A stretch of DNA of 64,000 nt, taken from positions 488 to 64,487 of the forward strand of contig CAZPYU010000285.1 in NCBI GenBank assembly GCA_964590905.1, given 5' to 3'. This document shows positions 42,404-52,237 of this stretch, piece after piece. The notes under the pieces were generated by a model. That model searched no databases. It saw nothing but the letters and a program-made list of their open reading frames with translations, and was not told the origin of the DNA. Numbering within the stretch: position 1 is the stretch's first letter; each line of letters begins with the position of its first letter. Origin of the DNA: an uncultured Thermoanaerobaculia bacterium (GTDB taxonomy: Bacteria; Acidobacteriota; Thermoanaerobaculia; Multivoradales; JAGPDF01). A program made the position numbers and the translations under genes.

Positions 42404-43144
42404 TCAGGTGGACCCGGTGTAGGGCGAGCCCGCTCGCTGGCGCGCCAGATTCTCGAACGTTGGGCACGAGCGGTCGCGCCGGTGCTCGAGGTCGGTGACC
42501 ACCGCCCGTTTGAAGGCGATCCCGGCGGCCGCCGCCTCAGCTCGCCGCTCGGATCGGTAGGCTTCGATGTCGACGACCTCGAGATTCATGCGAATCGTCC
42601 GGAACAGTCGAGGCCAGCGGTCTCCGGGAGCCTGCACGTGGTGCAGGCCGCCACTGTAGGCCAGGAGCATGCGGCCGCCGGGAACCGCCTCCAGGATGTC
42701 AGCGATGCCGCCGCGAACGGTCATCGGCTGGCCGCTCGCGTCGAGACCGCTCTTGCGCATCATCCGCCCCTCGGGCAGGATCAAGACCATCGAGTCGGGG
42801 TCGATGCGGCCTAGGACCTCGCGCCACGTGTGATCGCGTTCGCGGGTAATCGAAACCACGTGCGCCGCCAAGCTGCGGAAGAAGAAGCCCACCAAGGGTC
42901 GTCGCAGCGTCTTCTCCGCCGCCGGCACGACGCCGTGGACGGCAGCCCGCCAGAGAAAGCTCGAGGGGGCTACCATGATGTAGAGCCACTCGAAGAGGCT
43001 GGTGTGATTGAGGAAGCAGACAACGCGGATACCGCGCCAGCGATCGGGCGGTGGATTTCCGAGCCAGTGGGAGTGGGCGCGATAGCAGAGCGATCCGAGC
43101 AGTCGGAAAGCGGCGAGAAAACAGAAGACGAAGTAGCGGCGCAA
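42404..43144 (-). CDS. PlsC-type (lysophospholipid) acyltransferase family protein
   Basis: NHTSLFEW (HX4D/E-type) and LPEGRMMR (PEG) motifs with an N-terminal hydrophobic segment. There is no in-frame ATG upstream of the motifs, so TTG 43144 is assumed. Confidence 0.6.
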   Translation of the reverse strand: MRRYFVFCFLAAFRLLGSLCYRAHSHWLGNPPPDRWRGIRVVCFLNHTSLFEWLYIMVAPSSFLWRAAVHGVVPAAEKTLRRPLVGFFFRSLAAHVVSITRERDHTWREVLGRIDPDSMVLILPEGRMMRKSGLDASGQPMTVRGGIADILEAVPGGRMLLAYSGGLHHVQAPGDRWPRLFRTIRMNLEVVDIEAYRSERRAEAAAAGIAFKRAVVTDLEHRRDRSCPTFENLARQRAGSPYTGST

Positions 43145-43173
43145 GGCTGCCGACGCCCGGTCGACGAAGCGGT

Positions 43174-44892
<1,719 letters not shown>

Positions 44893-44899
44893 CGACCAG

Positions 44900-44929
44900 A
44901 GTGTAGCAGCGGCCGGAAAAGGGGGTCAA
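44900..44929 (-). promoter_or_regulatory. putative promoter of pilB (TTGACC-18 nt-TACACT), giving a leaderless or near-leaderless mRNA
   Basis: Minus strand reads TTGACCcccttttccggccgctgcTACACTctggtcgATG. Only 7 nt separate the -10 from the ATG, and there is no SD. Confidence 0.4.
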
Positions 44930-44936
44930 ACCTCTG

Positions 44937-45947
44937 TCAGGAAAGGAGCTCCAGGGCTCGTTTCGCGATCGACTCAGGGGCGATGCCGAGCAGGCACGCC
45001 TTCGGTTCCGCCATGCGTTGATGGCAGAAGCTGCAGGGCAGGCGACGAAAGAGGATCGAGTCGGCGGCTCCCCACGGGCCATGACGGTCGGGAGCCGTGG
45101 GTCCGTAAAGGGCTACGACCGGTTTGGAGAGGGCGCGAGCCAGATGGATCGCGCCGGTGTCGGAGCCTAGGACCAGACGAGCGCCGCGAATCGCGCCCGA
45201 GAGATCGCCGAGCGTCGGCGCTTCGTGTCGAGAAGCGGTCCCCCGGCTGGCTGCGACCACGGCGTCGGCGAGATCGGCCTCCCCGGGCGCGGCTCCGACC
45301 CGGATCTCGAGGGTCGAGCGGTCGCGAATCTGGGCGGCGGCCTCCCCCCAAAGTGTCGGCGGATAGCGCTTATTGCTCCAGGCCGCACCCGGGTGAAGGT
45401 AGATGTACTCTCCGTCGGGAATCTTGTCGCGGCCGCAGGCGAGGCTCTCGGGCGCGAAGTCGATGGGAGCCGGCGGAATGCCGAGCGCCGAAAGGAGCGC
45501 CAGGCCGCGCTCCACGGCGTGCACTCCGGTGAGCTCTACTCCCTCGTTGATCCAGACCGCGCTCGCGGGTTCTCGACGATCGGCGCGCCGAGCGCCGATC
45601 CGCCGCCGAGCTCCGGACAGCCGGGCGAGGAGAGCCCCCTTGTGGCTTCCCATCAGATCGATGGCGATCTCGGCGCGAAACGCGCGCAGCCGCGCGACGG
45701 TCGCGAAGAGCTCGCGCCGGAGACCTCTCCCTCCTTCTCGCCAACGGCGAAGGGGAAGCGGAACGAGCTCGTCGACCAACTCGTGGGCGTCGAGCAGAGG
45801 AGCGAACGTCTCGTCGATCGCCCAGGCGATCCGCGCCGTGGGGAGAGCGCGGCGAATCGCGACCAGAACCGGCAGGGCGTGGACGACGTCGCCGAGCGCG
45901 CTAGTGCGGACGAGGAGGACGCGGGTGCCCCCCGCGCGCGTCGTCAC
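44937..45947 (-). CDS. glycosyltransferase family 9 (LPS heptosyltransferase)
   Basis: RVLLVRTSALGDVVHALPVL... and a C-terminal GSDTGAIHLARAL pattern. GTGA overlap with the upstream gene. Confidence 0.8.
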   Translation of the reverse strand: MTTRAGGTRVLLVRTSALGDVVHALPVLVAIRRALPTARIAWAIDETFAPLLDAHELVDELVPLPLRRWREGGRGLRRELFATVARLRAFRAEIAIDLMGSHKGALLARLSGARRRIGARRADRREPASAVWINEGVELTGVHAVERGLALLSALGIPPAPIDFAPESLACGRDKIPDGEYIYLHPGAAWSNKRYPPTLWGEAAAQIRDRSTLEIRVGAAPGEADLADAVVAASRGTASRHEAPTLGDLSGAIRGARLVLGSDTGAIHLARALSKPVVALYGPTAPDRHGPWGAADSILFRRLPCSFCHQRMAEPKACLLGIAPESIAKRALELLS

Positions 45948-46420
45948 GGCAAGCTGCGGACGCGGGTCAGGAGATCGCTCGTGGCGTGATCCTTGGGATC
46001 TCCCACCAGCGCCGTGCGACCGCCGTAGGCGCGTACGGTCTCGAACTCGGGCACCCGTTCCGGCGAGCCGTAGTCGGTTCCCTTGCAGTGGACATCGGGG
46101 CGCAGCCGAGCCAGGAGCGCCGAGGGCGAATCTCCCGCGAAGACGACGACGAAGTCGACCGGTTCGAGCGCAGCGAGGAGCTCGGCACGCTCACTTGCCG
46201 GCACGATCGGCCGCCCCGGTCCCTTGAGGCGTTCGACCGACGCGTCGTCGTTGATGCCGACCACGAGCAGGTCTCCCTCGTCACGAGCGGCCTTGAGGTA
46301 GCGCAGGTGTCCGACGTGGAGGAGGTCGAAATGGCCGTTGGCAAAAGCGACCCGCCGACCGGAGACTCGGAGCTGGGCCAAGAGCGGCTCCAGCTGCTCG
46401 ATCGTCACGATCTCGCCCAC
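45944..46420 (-). CDS. hldC: D-glycero-beta-D-manno-heptose 1-phosphate adenylyltransferase (stand-alone HldE domain II)
   Basis: Cytidylyltransferase motif FANGHFDLLHVGHLRYL...VVGINDD. Confidence 0.85.
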   Translation of the reverse strand: MGEIVTIEQLEPLLAQLRVSGRRVAFANGHFDLLHVGHLRYLKAARDEGDLLVVGINDDASVERLKGPGRPIVPASERAELLAALEPVDFVVVFAGDSPSALLARLRPDVHCKGTDYGSPERVPEFETVRAYGGRTALVGDPKDHATSDLLTRVRSLP

Positions 46421-47439
46421 CGCATCCTCTCGAGCGGACCGGGATCGGAGCGGATCGCATCGCGCAGCTCGTCCGCGGTCAGCGTCGCGGTTCCCCGCTT
46501 GAGCACCACCACTCCTCCCGCGTAGTTGGCGAGGAGAGTCGCCTCGAGCGGGGAAGCGCCGACGGCGAGCGCCAGCGCGAAAGTGCCGATGACAGTGTCG
46601 CCGGCGCCGGTAACATCGGCTACCTGATCGGGGCCGTGCACTGGAACGTGTACGATTGCCGACTCCTCGCAGAGGATCATCCCCCGACTGCCGCGCGTTA
46701 CCAGGAGAAATCGGGCGTCGAGCCGATGGCGCAGCTCGGCGACGGTCAGTTCGATACCGTTCGGTCCGGCTTCGAGCGGTCCTCCCCAGAGCGCTGCGGC
46801 CTCCTCCTCGTTCGGCGTTGCGCCGTCGATGCCGCGGAACTCGTGCAATCGGAAGCGGCTGTCGACTAGCACCAGGCCGCCGTCTCCCAGGGCGGCGCGC
46901 ACCGCGGGCAAGAGCTCGGGCGTGACCGCTCCATAGCCGTAGTCGGAGAGAACGGCGACGCGCGCACGACCCGCGAACGCCCGCACGCGCTCGGCGAGAG
47001 CCGTGAGCTCGTTCGCGCTCGCTGGACGGAACTCCTCGCGGTCAAATCGCACGATCTGCTGCTGGATGCCGATCGGGAAGCCGGCCACGATGCGGCTCTT
47101 GGTCGGCGTCGGCCAGCCGCCGCGGACCACGAGGCCGTCGACGGCGATGCCGCGACTGACGAATGCGTCGGCGAGAGCGACGCCGGCGGGGTCGTCACCG
47201 ACGAATCCGACCGGCAACGGTTCGCCGCCCAAGGCGCGGATGTTGGCAGCCGCGTTGGCGCCGCCGCCAGGGGCCACCGTTTCGCCTTCCCAGCGCAGGA
47301 TCAGGACCGGCGCCTCGCGCGAGATCCGTTTAGGGGTGCCGTGAATGAAGCGGTCCACGACCGGATCGACGAGCATGAGGACGCTCTGACGCTCGAAGGC
47401 GGCGATGAGAGCCAGGAGGCGTTCAGCGGTCGGGTTCAT
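46405..47439 (-). CDS. hldA: D-glycero-beta-D-manno-heptose 7-phosphate kinase (stand-alone HldE domain I, PfkB family)
   Basis: Ribokinase-like pattern with C-terminal DVTGAGDTVIGTFALAL. Start at ATG 47439 inside track ORF 46405..47502. Confidence 0.8.
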   Translation of the reverse strand: MNPTAERLLALIAAFERQSVLMLVDPVVDRFIHGTPKRISREAPVLILRWEGETVAPGGGANAAANIRALGGEPLPVGFVGDDPAGVALADAFVSRGIAVDGLVVRGGWPTPTKSRIVAGFPIGIQQQIVRFDREEFRPASANELTALAERVRAFAGRARVAVLSDYGYGAVTPELLPAVRAALGDGGLVLVDSRFRLHEFRGIDGATPNEEEAAALWGGPLEAGPNGIELTVAELRHRLDARFLLVTRGSRGMILCEESAIVHVPVHGPDQVADVTGAGDTVIGTFALALAVGASPLEATLLANYAGGVVVLKRGTATLTADELRDAIRSDPGPLERMRWARS

Positions 47440-47550
47440 CGGTTCTCGGCGAGGCGCACGGTACGCCCGAATTCTGGCACGAAGCGGTCGACAACCCGGC
47501 ACGGAGCGTGCTTCTGTATTCGGGAGGGGTTAGTGTAGCCAGAGCCGAGT

Positions 47551-48168
47551 ATGAGCACGGAGCGTCCCGATTCCGATCCCGAGTCGTTCGCGCAGCAGGC
47601 GCTGTCGCATCTCGACTCGCTCTACAACACCGCCTTTCGCCTAGCGCGCAACGCCGAAGATGCGGAAGACCTGGTGCAGGAGACCTACCTGCGCGCCTAC
47701 CGCAGCTTCGCGCAGTTCACGCCGGGGACGAACATCAAGGCGTGGCTGTTCAAGATCCTCAAGAACGCCTTCATCAACGACTACCGAAAGCGTCGGGCGC
47801 GCCCCGTGGAGGAGGAGTTCGGGGCCATCGAGGAGTCGTTCGAGTCGAGAATCGATCGCGACCGGTTGCCGATGACTCATAGCCCAGAGCAGCAGCTACT
47901 CGATCGCGCGCTCGACGAGAACGTGCAACGGGCGCTCGACCAGCTGCCTCCAGATTTTCGTCTCGCGGTCCTGCTGGCCGACCTCGAGGGCTTCTCCTAT
48001 CGCGAGATCGCGGAGATTCTGGAGGTGCCGTTGGGCACCGTGATGAGCCGGCTCTATCGCGGCCGAAAGCTCCTCGAGACGGCGCTCCTCCAGTTCGCGC
48101 GCTCGCATAACTATCTGCCGGCCGGAGTCGAGCCGGCCCGCAGGCGAAGTCGGCAGGGGGCGGCGTGA
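47551..48168 (+). CDS. ECF-type RNA polymerase sigma-70 factor
   Basis: [14 protein letters not shown]...[18 protein letters not shown]...[25 protein letters not shown]. Confidence 0.85.
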   Translation: MSTERPDSDPESFAQQALSHLDSLYNTAFRLARNAEDAEDLVQETYLRAYRSFAQFTPGTNIKAWLFKILKNAFINDYRKRRARPVEEEFGAIEESFESRIDRDRLPMTHSPEQQLLDRALDENVQRALDQLPPDFRLAVLLADLEGFSYREIAEILEVPLGTVMSRLYRGRKLLETALLQFARSHNYLPAGVEPARRRSRQGAA

Positions 48169-48258
48169 CGGAAATTCCAGGCACGCCGAGGCGGTTAGAA
48201 GCGTTAGGAGGGTCTCGCGTGCACGCTTTGGGCGCGAAGCGAGGCCAGGGGGTTCGGG

Positions 48259-48498
48259 ATGGCCTGTAGTCGAGTCCGCCGGCTCGTTTTTCTCTGGATC
48301 GACCGCGAGCGCGAGCCGCTGGCGCGACGGCCGCTCGAGAATCATCTCGAGCGGTGCCCTCACTGTCGAGATCGGGTGCTAGAGATCGAGGAGCTGCTGC
48401 TCCTCGTCCGCAGCCGTTGTCGACGCCGCGAGGCTCCCGCCGGACTGGTGGCGAGAATCCGCTTGCGGTTGGACGAAGTAGGACCGAATGGAGGCTGA
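48259..48498 (+). CDS. zinc-binding anti-sigma factor (ZAS, RsrA-like, no TM segment)
   Basis: HLERCPHCRDR is an H-x3-C-x2-C motif; an N-terminal Cys3 is also present. 79 aa and soluble. Confidence 0.65.
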   Translation: MACSRVRRLVFLWIDREREPLARRPLENHLERCPHCRDRVLEIEELLLLVRSRCRRREAPAGLVARIRLRLDEVGPNGG

Positions 48499-48994
48499 CA
48501 AGGCGATGCGCGAGCCAAGAACGAATCTACGGCCGAAACGAGGCGTGACGACCGCCGTTCTGGTGGCGGCGCTACTGGCCGGTTTCGGCGTGACGCTGGC
48601 TGCGGCGCCGGCTGGCGTGCGCCTTCCGGGCCTCGGCGGCGGAGAGCTCACGAGCGCAGACCTCGACCGTGGCGCGATCGTCCTGGTGGTCTGGGCCTCC
48701 TGGTCGCCGCGCTGTCGCGACATCGTCGAGCTGGCTAACGGGATCGAGCAGCGCTGGGGGAGCCGAGCCCGCATCGTGACTGTCGATTTTCAAGAGGATC
48801 CGGCCGCGGTCGAGAAGTTCCTCCGCGGCAAGGGGCTGCGCGTGCCGGTCTTTCTCGACCGGGACGGCGAGTTCTCCAAGGCGATGAAGGTCACCTCGCT
48901 GCCGGGCTTTCTGGTGTTTCAGTCCGGCGAGCTCCGCTTCCAGGGGCGCCTTCCCGCCGACGTCGACGGGACGCTTACCGACCTTCTCCGCTGA
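48488..48994 (+). CDS. membrane-anchored thioredoxin-fold (TlpA/redoxin-like) protein with SxxC active site
   Basis: TM segment TTAVLVAALLAGFGVTLAAA. VLVVWASWSPRCRDIVE aligns with the TlpA WASWCGPC motif, with the first Cys replaced by Ser. 11-nt overlap with the anti-sigma gene. Confidence 0.65.
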   Translation: MEADKAMREPRTNLRPKRGVTTAVLVAALLAGFGVTLAAAPAGVRLPGLGGGELTSADLDRGAIVLVVWASWSPRCRDIVELANGIEQRWGSRARIVTVDFQEDPAAVEKFLRGKGLRVPVFLDRDGEFSKAMKVTSLPGFLVFQSGELRFQGRLPADVDGTLTDLLR

Positions 48995-49098
48995 CGCTCG
49001 AGGTCCGCGCCAGAGCCGCTCTCTGGGCGGTGCTATATTTCACCCTTCAGGAGTCCGCAGACAGAGGACGAGCGGCTGGAGGGGGCTTCCGCAGCGCA

Positions 49099-50478
49099 AT
49101 GAGGCGTCCGCTTTTCGGTACCATTCTCGGGATCCCGTGGCTCGGCCTCCCCTTGGGAGGCCTGTTGGCCTGGGCGGCGTTGCTGCCGCTCGGGGGCGAC
49201 CCGGGTCGCGCTTCCGGCGGCCGGGACGCGGCTGCGGCCGGTTTCGGCGCCTCGGGGGGCCCGTCAGAGAGTGGGAATGGCCCCTCAGTTTACCGTGCGG
49301 CCGACCTCCGGGACGAGCTGCGCGCCGGCGAATCGCTGGGCTTCCTTTTCGCGAAGAAGCTCGGCCTCTCGGCAGCGGATGCCAGCGAGGCCTCGCGGGC
49401 GTCGGCCCGGTTCGTCGATCTGCGCCAGCTTCGCCCCGGGGCGCTGTGGGCGGCCTATCTCGACGACGACGGGCGGCTCGATCGTTTCGAGCTTGCGGTC
49501 GCCAGCCGGGGCGAGCTCACGCTGGTGCGCGGCGAGCTCGAGTGGGAGTCGATCTGGCGCGACTACCGGCGGGAGACCCGGCTGCTCACGATCCAAGGCG
49601 TTCTCGTAGACAACCTGGAGAGCGCTGTCGAGCGCGCGGGCGCCCAGGCCGAGCTCGCCTACGCGATCGCCGAAGTCCTGCAATGGGACCTCGATTTCAC
49701 CCGCGACCTGCGCAAGGGCGACGAGTTTCGGGTGATCTACGAGGAAGTTACGGTCGAAGGGAGCAAGCCGGCGCCGGGACAGATCGTCGCTGTCGAATAC
49801 GGCCAAGCCAAGGGCCGGCCTCTGCAGGCCTTCTACTTCGCAGCTCAGGATGGCGGAGGATATTTCGACGGCGAAGGTCGGCCGCTCCAGAAGATGTTCC
49901 TGCGCTCACCGCTGCCCTATTCCCGGGTCACCTCCCGGTTCTCGCACCGCCGGCTGCATCCGATCCTCGGCGTCTTCCGACCCCACTACGGCATCGACTA
50001 CGGCGCTCCGGCCGGCACGCCGGTTCGGGTCACGGCCTCGGGGACCGTAGTCTCCGCCGACTGGGACGGCGGCGGCGGTGGCCGGACGGTCAAGGTGCGC
50101 CACTCGAACGACTACCAGACCGCATATCTTCATCTCTCGCGCTTCGCGACCGGCATCCGACCCGGCGAGCGTGTACGACAGGGCGACCTGATCGGCTACG
50201 TCGGATCGACCGGGCTCGCGACCGCTCCTCATCTCGATTACCGAATCCAGCGCGGTTCGCGCTGGATCGACCCGCTCTCAATCCAATCGGCGCCCGGCGA
50301 GCCGATCGTCGGCGCACGTCTGGGCGAATTTCGGATCGTCCGCGACGCGATGCGATCGAGCCTCACGAGCGGTGGTGCCTATTCGCCCCCGGCCTTCACC
50401 ATCGCCGGAGAGCCGGCGCAAGTGGCGACGGGAGCGGGGGAGTCGACGGCGGACGGGAGAGCTCCGGGAACGACGTGA
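49099..50478 (+). CDS. M23 family metallopeptidase (MepM/Csd3-like)
   Basis: HYGIDYGAPAGTPV...YVGSTGLATAPHLDYRI. ATG 49099 has GGAGGGGG upstream; GTG 49030 is an alternative start. Confidence 0.8.
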   Translation: MRRPLFGTILGIPWLGLPLGGLLAWAALLPLGGDPGRASGGRDAAAAGFGASGGPSESGNGPSVYRAADLRDELRAGESLGFLFAKKLGLSAADASEASRASARFVDLRQLRPGALWAAYLDDDGRLDRFELAVASRGELTLVRGELEWESIWRDYRRETRLLTIQGVLVDNLESAVERAGAQAELAYAIAEVLQWDLDFTRDLRKGDEFRVIYEEVTVEGSKPAPGQIVAVEYGQAKGRPLQAFYFAAQDGGGYFDGEGRPLQKMFLRSPLPYSRVTSRFSHRRLHPILGVFRPHYGIDYGAPAGTPVRVTASGTVVSADWDGGGGGRTVKVRHSNDYQTAYLHLSRFATGIRPGERVRQGDLIGYVGSTGLATAPHLDYRIQRGSRWIDPLSIQSAPGEPIVGARLGEFRIVRDAMRSSLTSGGAYSPPAFTIAGEPAQVATGAGESTADGRAPGTT

Positions 50479-51470
50479 TTCGAGCCACCTGCCGCTGCCG
50501 CGTCGACCTGGCCGGCGGTACCCTCGACATCTGGCCGCTCGGGTTGCTCCACAAGGGGAGCACGACGGTGAACGTCGCTGTCGAGCTGCCGGTCTCGGCA
50601 AGCCTCAATTCAGCTGAGAGTGGGTATCTTGTCGTCCAAGGGCGTTCGAGACGGTTCGCGAGCTCGGCTGGCGAGCTGGCCGCACACCCCGAGACGGCAC
50701 TCGTCGGCCTGGTTGCCGAAGAGCTCGATCTCCCGCCGGTCGAGGTCGAGATCGCCTCTGCCTCGCCCAACGGCGCGGGCCTGGGGGCGAGCTCGGCACT
50801 GACCGTTGCACTCCTGGCCGCGGGCGAGCAACTCCTTCACGGTCGGCTAGTCGAATCCACAGCAGCCAGATCTGCCATCGCGCGCGATCTCGAGGCGCGT
50901 CTGATGGGGCTTCCGACCGGGCTCCAGGATCACTTCCCGGCGCAGTTGGGTGGTGTCGTCGTCCTCGAGCATCGTCCGGGTGGGGAGCGCCTGAGACGGC
51001 TCGCGGTCGACCTCGAAGCGCTCGGCGAGCGGCTCCTGGTCGCCTTTACCGGCGAGAGCCACTTCTCGGCCGCAAACAACTGGCAGGTCGTGCGTGGACG
51101 CCTGGACGGCGATCCCGAGCTCACGCGCCGGCTCGACGCGATTCGCGACGCCGCGGCTGAGCTCGCTCCGGCTCTCGAAGCCGGGGAGTGGGACGCCGTC
51201 GGAGCGGCGATGGGTCGAGAGTGGGAGGCTCGCCGTGGCTTGGCACCCGAGGTCTCGAGCACGGCGATCGAGCGACTACTTTCGCTGGCCGCTGAGCTCG
51301 GTGGGTGGGGAGGCAAAGCCTGCGGTGCGGGTGGCGGTGGCTGCGTCGCGGTGCTGGCTCCTCCGGAGCGGCGAGCGGCGATCGCCGACGCCTGGATCGG
51401 CGCTGGCGCCGAACTGCTCCCGGCCCGCCCCACCGAGCTGGGGCTGGAGATTTCGAGTCTCTCGAGATGA
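50475..51470 (+). CDS. GHMP-family sugar kinase (COG2605, HddA/fucokinase-like)
   Basis: GTGA overlap with the M23 gene. RVDLAGGTLDIWP..., GHMP motif II PNGAGLGASSALTVALLAA, and motif III GKACGAGGGG. It is the 3' part of track ORF 49137..51470. Confidence 0.75.
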   Translation: MIRATCRCRVDLAGGTLDIWPLGLLHKGSTTVNVAVELPVSASLNSAESGYLVVQGRSRRFASSAGELAAHPETALVGLVAEELDLPPVEVEIASASPNGAGLGASSALTVALLAAGEQLLHGRLVESTAARSAIARDLEARLMGLPTGLQDHFPAQLGGVVVLEHRPGGERLRRLAVDLEALGERLLVAFTGESHFSAANNWQVVRGRLDGDPELTRRLDAIRDAAAELAPALEAGEWDAVGAAMGREWEARRGLAPEVSSTAIERLLSLAAELGGWGGKACGAGGGGCVAVLAPPERRAAIADAWIGAGAELLPARPTELGLEISSLSR

Positions 51471-52237
51471 TCCGCTATCGATTCCTGCTGCGCGAGTTCC
51501 TGATTCGCGACCTCAAGGCGCGCTATACCGGTTCGCTCTTCGGATTTCTCTGGGCCTTCGTTCACCCGCTCTGGCAGCTCTCGCTCTACAGCATCGTTTT
51601 CTCCCTGATCTTGCGCGTGCCGCTCGAGAACGAGGGAACGAAGAGCTTTCCGATCTTCCTGTTCGCCGGCCTGTTGCCCTGGATGGCGCTCTCGGAGGCT
51701 CTCAAGCAGTCCACTCTGAAGATCGTCGAGAGCGGCTTGATGGTCAAGAAGCTGCGCTTCCCGAGCGCGCTCCTGGTCGTCTCGGTCGTCCTCTCCGCGT
51801 TGATTCACTCCGCGGTCGCGGCAGCCATCTTCTTCGTGCTCCGACTTTGGCAGGGCGGGATCGCCTGGATGCAGCTGCCGCTCTTCCTCTTCTGCCTCTG
51901 CCTGCAAGTGGCACTGACCCTGGGTTTCGCCTGGTTTCTCGCTGCAACTTACGTCTATTTGCGGGACATCCAGCACGGGCTCGAGCTCGTCCTCTCGGCG
52001 ATCTTCTACCTGACTCCCATGGTCTATCCGGTGGCCATGGTCCCGGAGCGAAGTCGCTGGCTGATCGAGCTCAATCCGCTGTCGACGGTGGTGGGCGCCT
52101 ATCGTGCTTTCTTGCTCGGCAGCCGGCCCCCGCCGGCAACTGCGCTCGCTGTTCTGGCTGTCGTATCGGCGTCGGCGTGCGTCGGCGGTTACCTGCTCTT
52201 TCGCCGCCTCGCACGCGGCTTCGCGGACGAGTTGTGA
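51467..52237 (+). CDS. wzm: ABC-2 type polysaccharide exporter permease (Wzm-like)
   Basis: ATGA overlap with the upstream gene. LIRDLKARYTGSLFGFLWAFVHPL and six TM segments. Confidence 0.8.
   Translation: MIRYRFLLREFLIRDLKARYTGSLFGFLWAFVHPLWQLSLYSIVFSLILRVPLENEGTKSFPIFLFAGLLPWMALSEALKQSTLKIVESGLMVKKLRFPSALLVVSVVLSALIHSAVAAAIFFVLRLWQGGIAWMQLPLFLFCLCLQVALTLGFAWFLAATYVYLRDIQHGLELVLSAIFYLTPMVYPVAMVPERSRWLIELNPLSTVVGAYRAFLLGSRPPPATALAVLAVVSASACVGGYLLFRRLARGFADEL

Noticed and set aside
47475-47490. TGGCAC motif (tctGGCACgaagcGGTCG) upstream of the second ECF sigma gene, which resembles a sigma-54 -24 element.
   Set aside because: The -12 position reads GGTCG instead of TTGC(A/T). With only the -24 half matching, it is most likely chance in GC-rich DNA.
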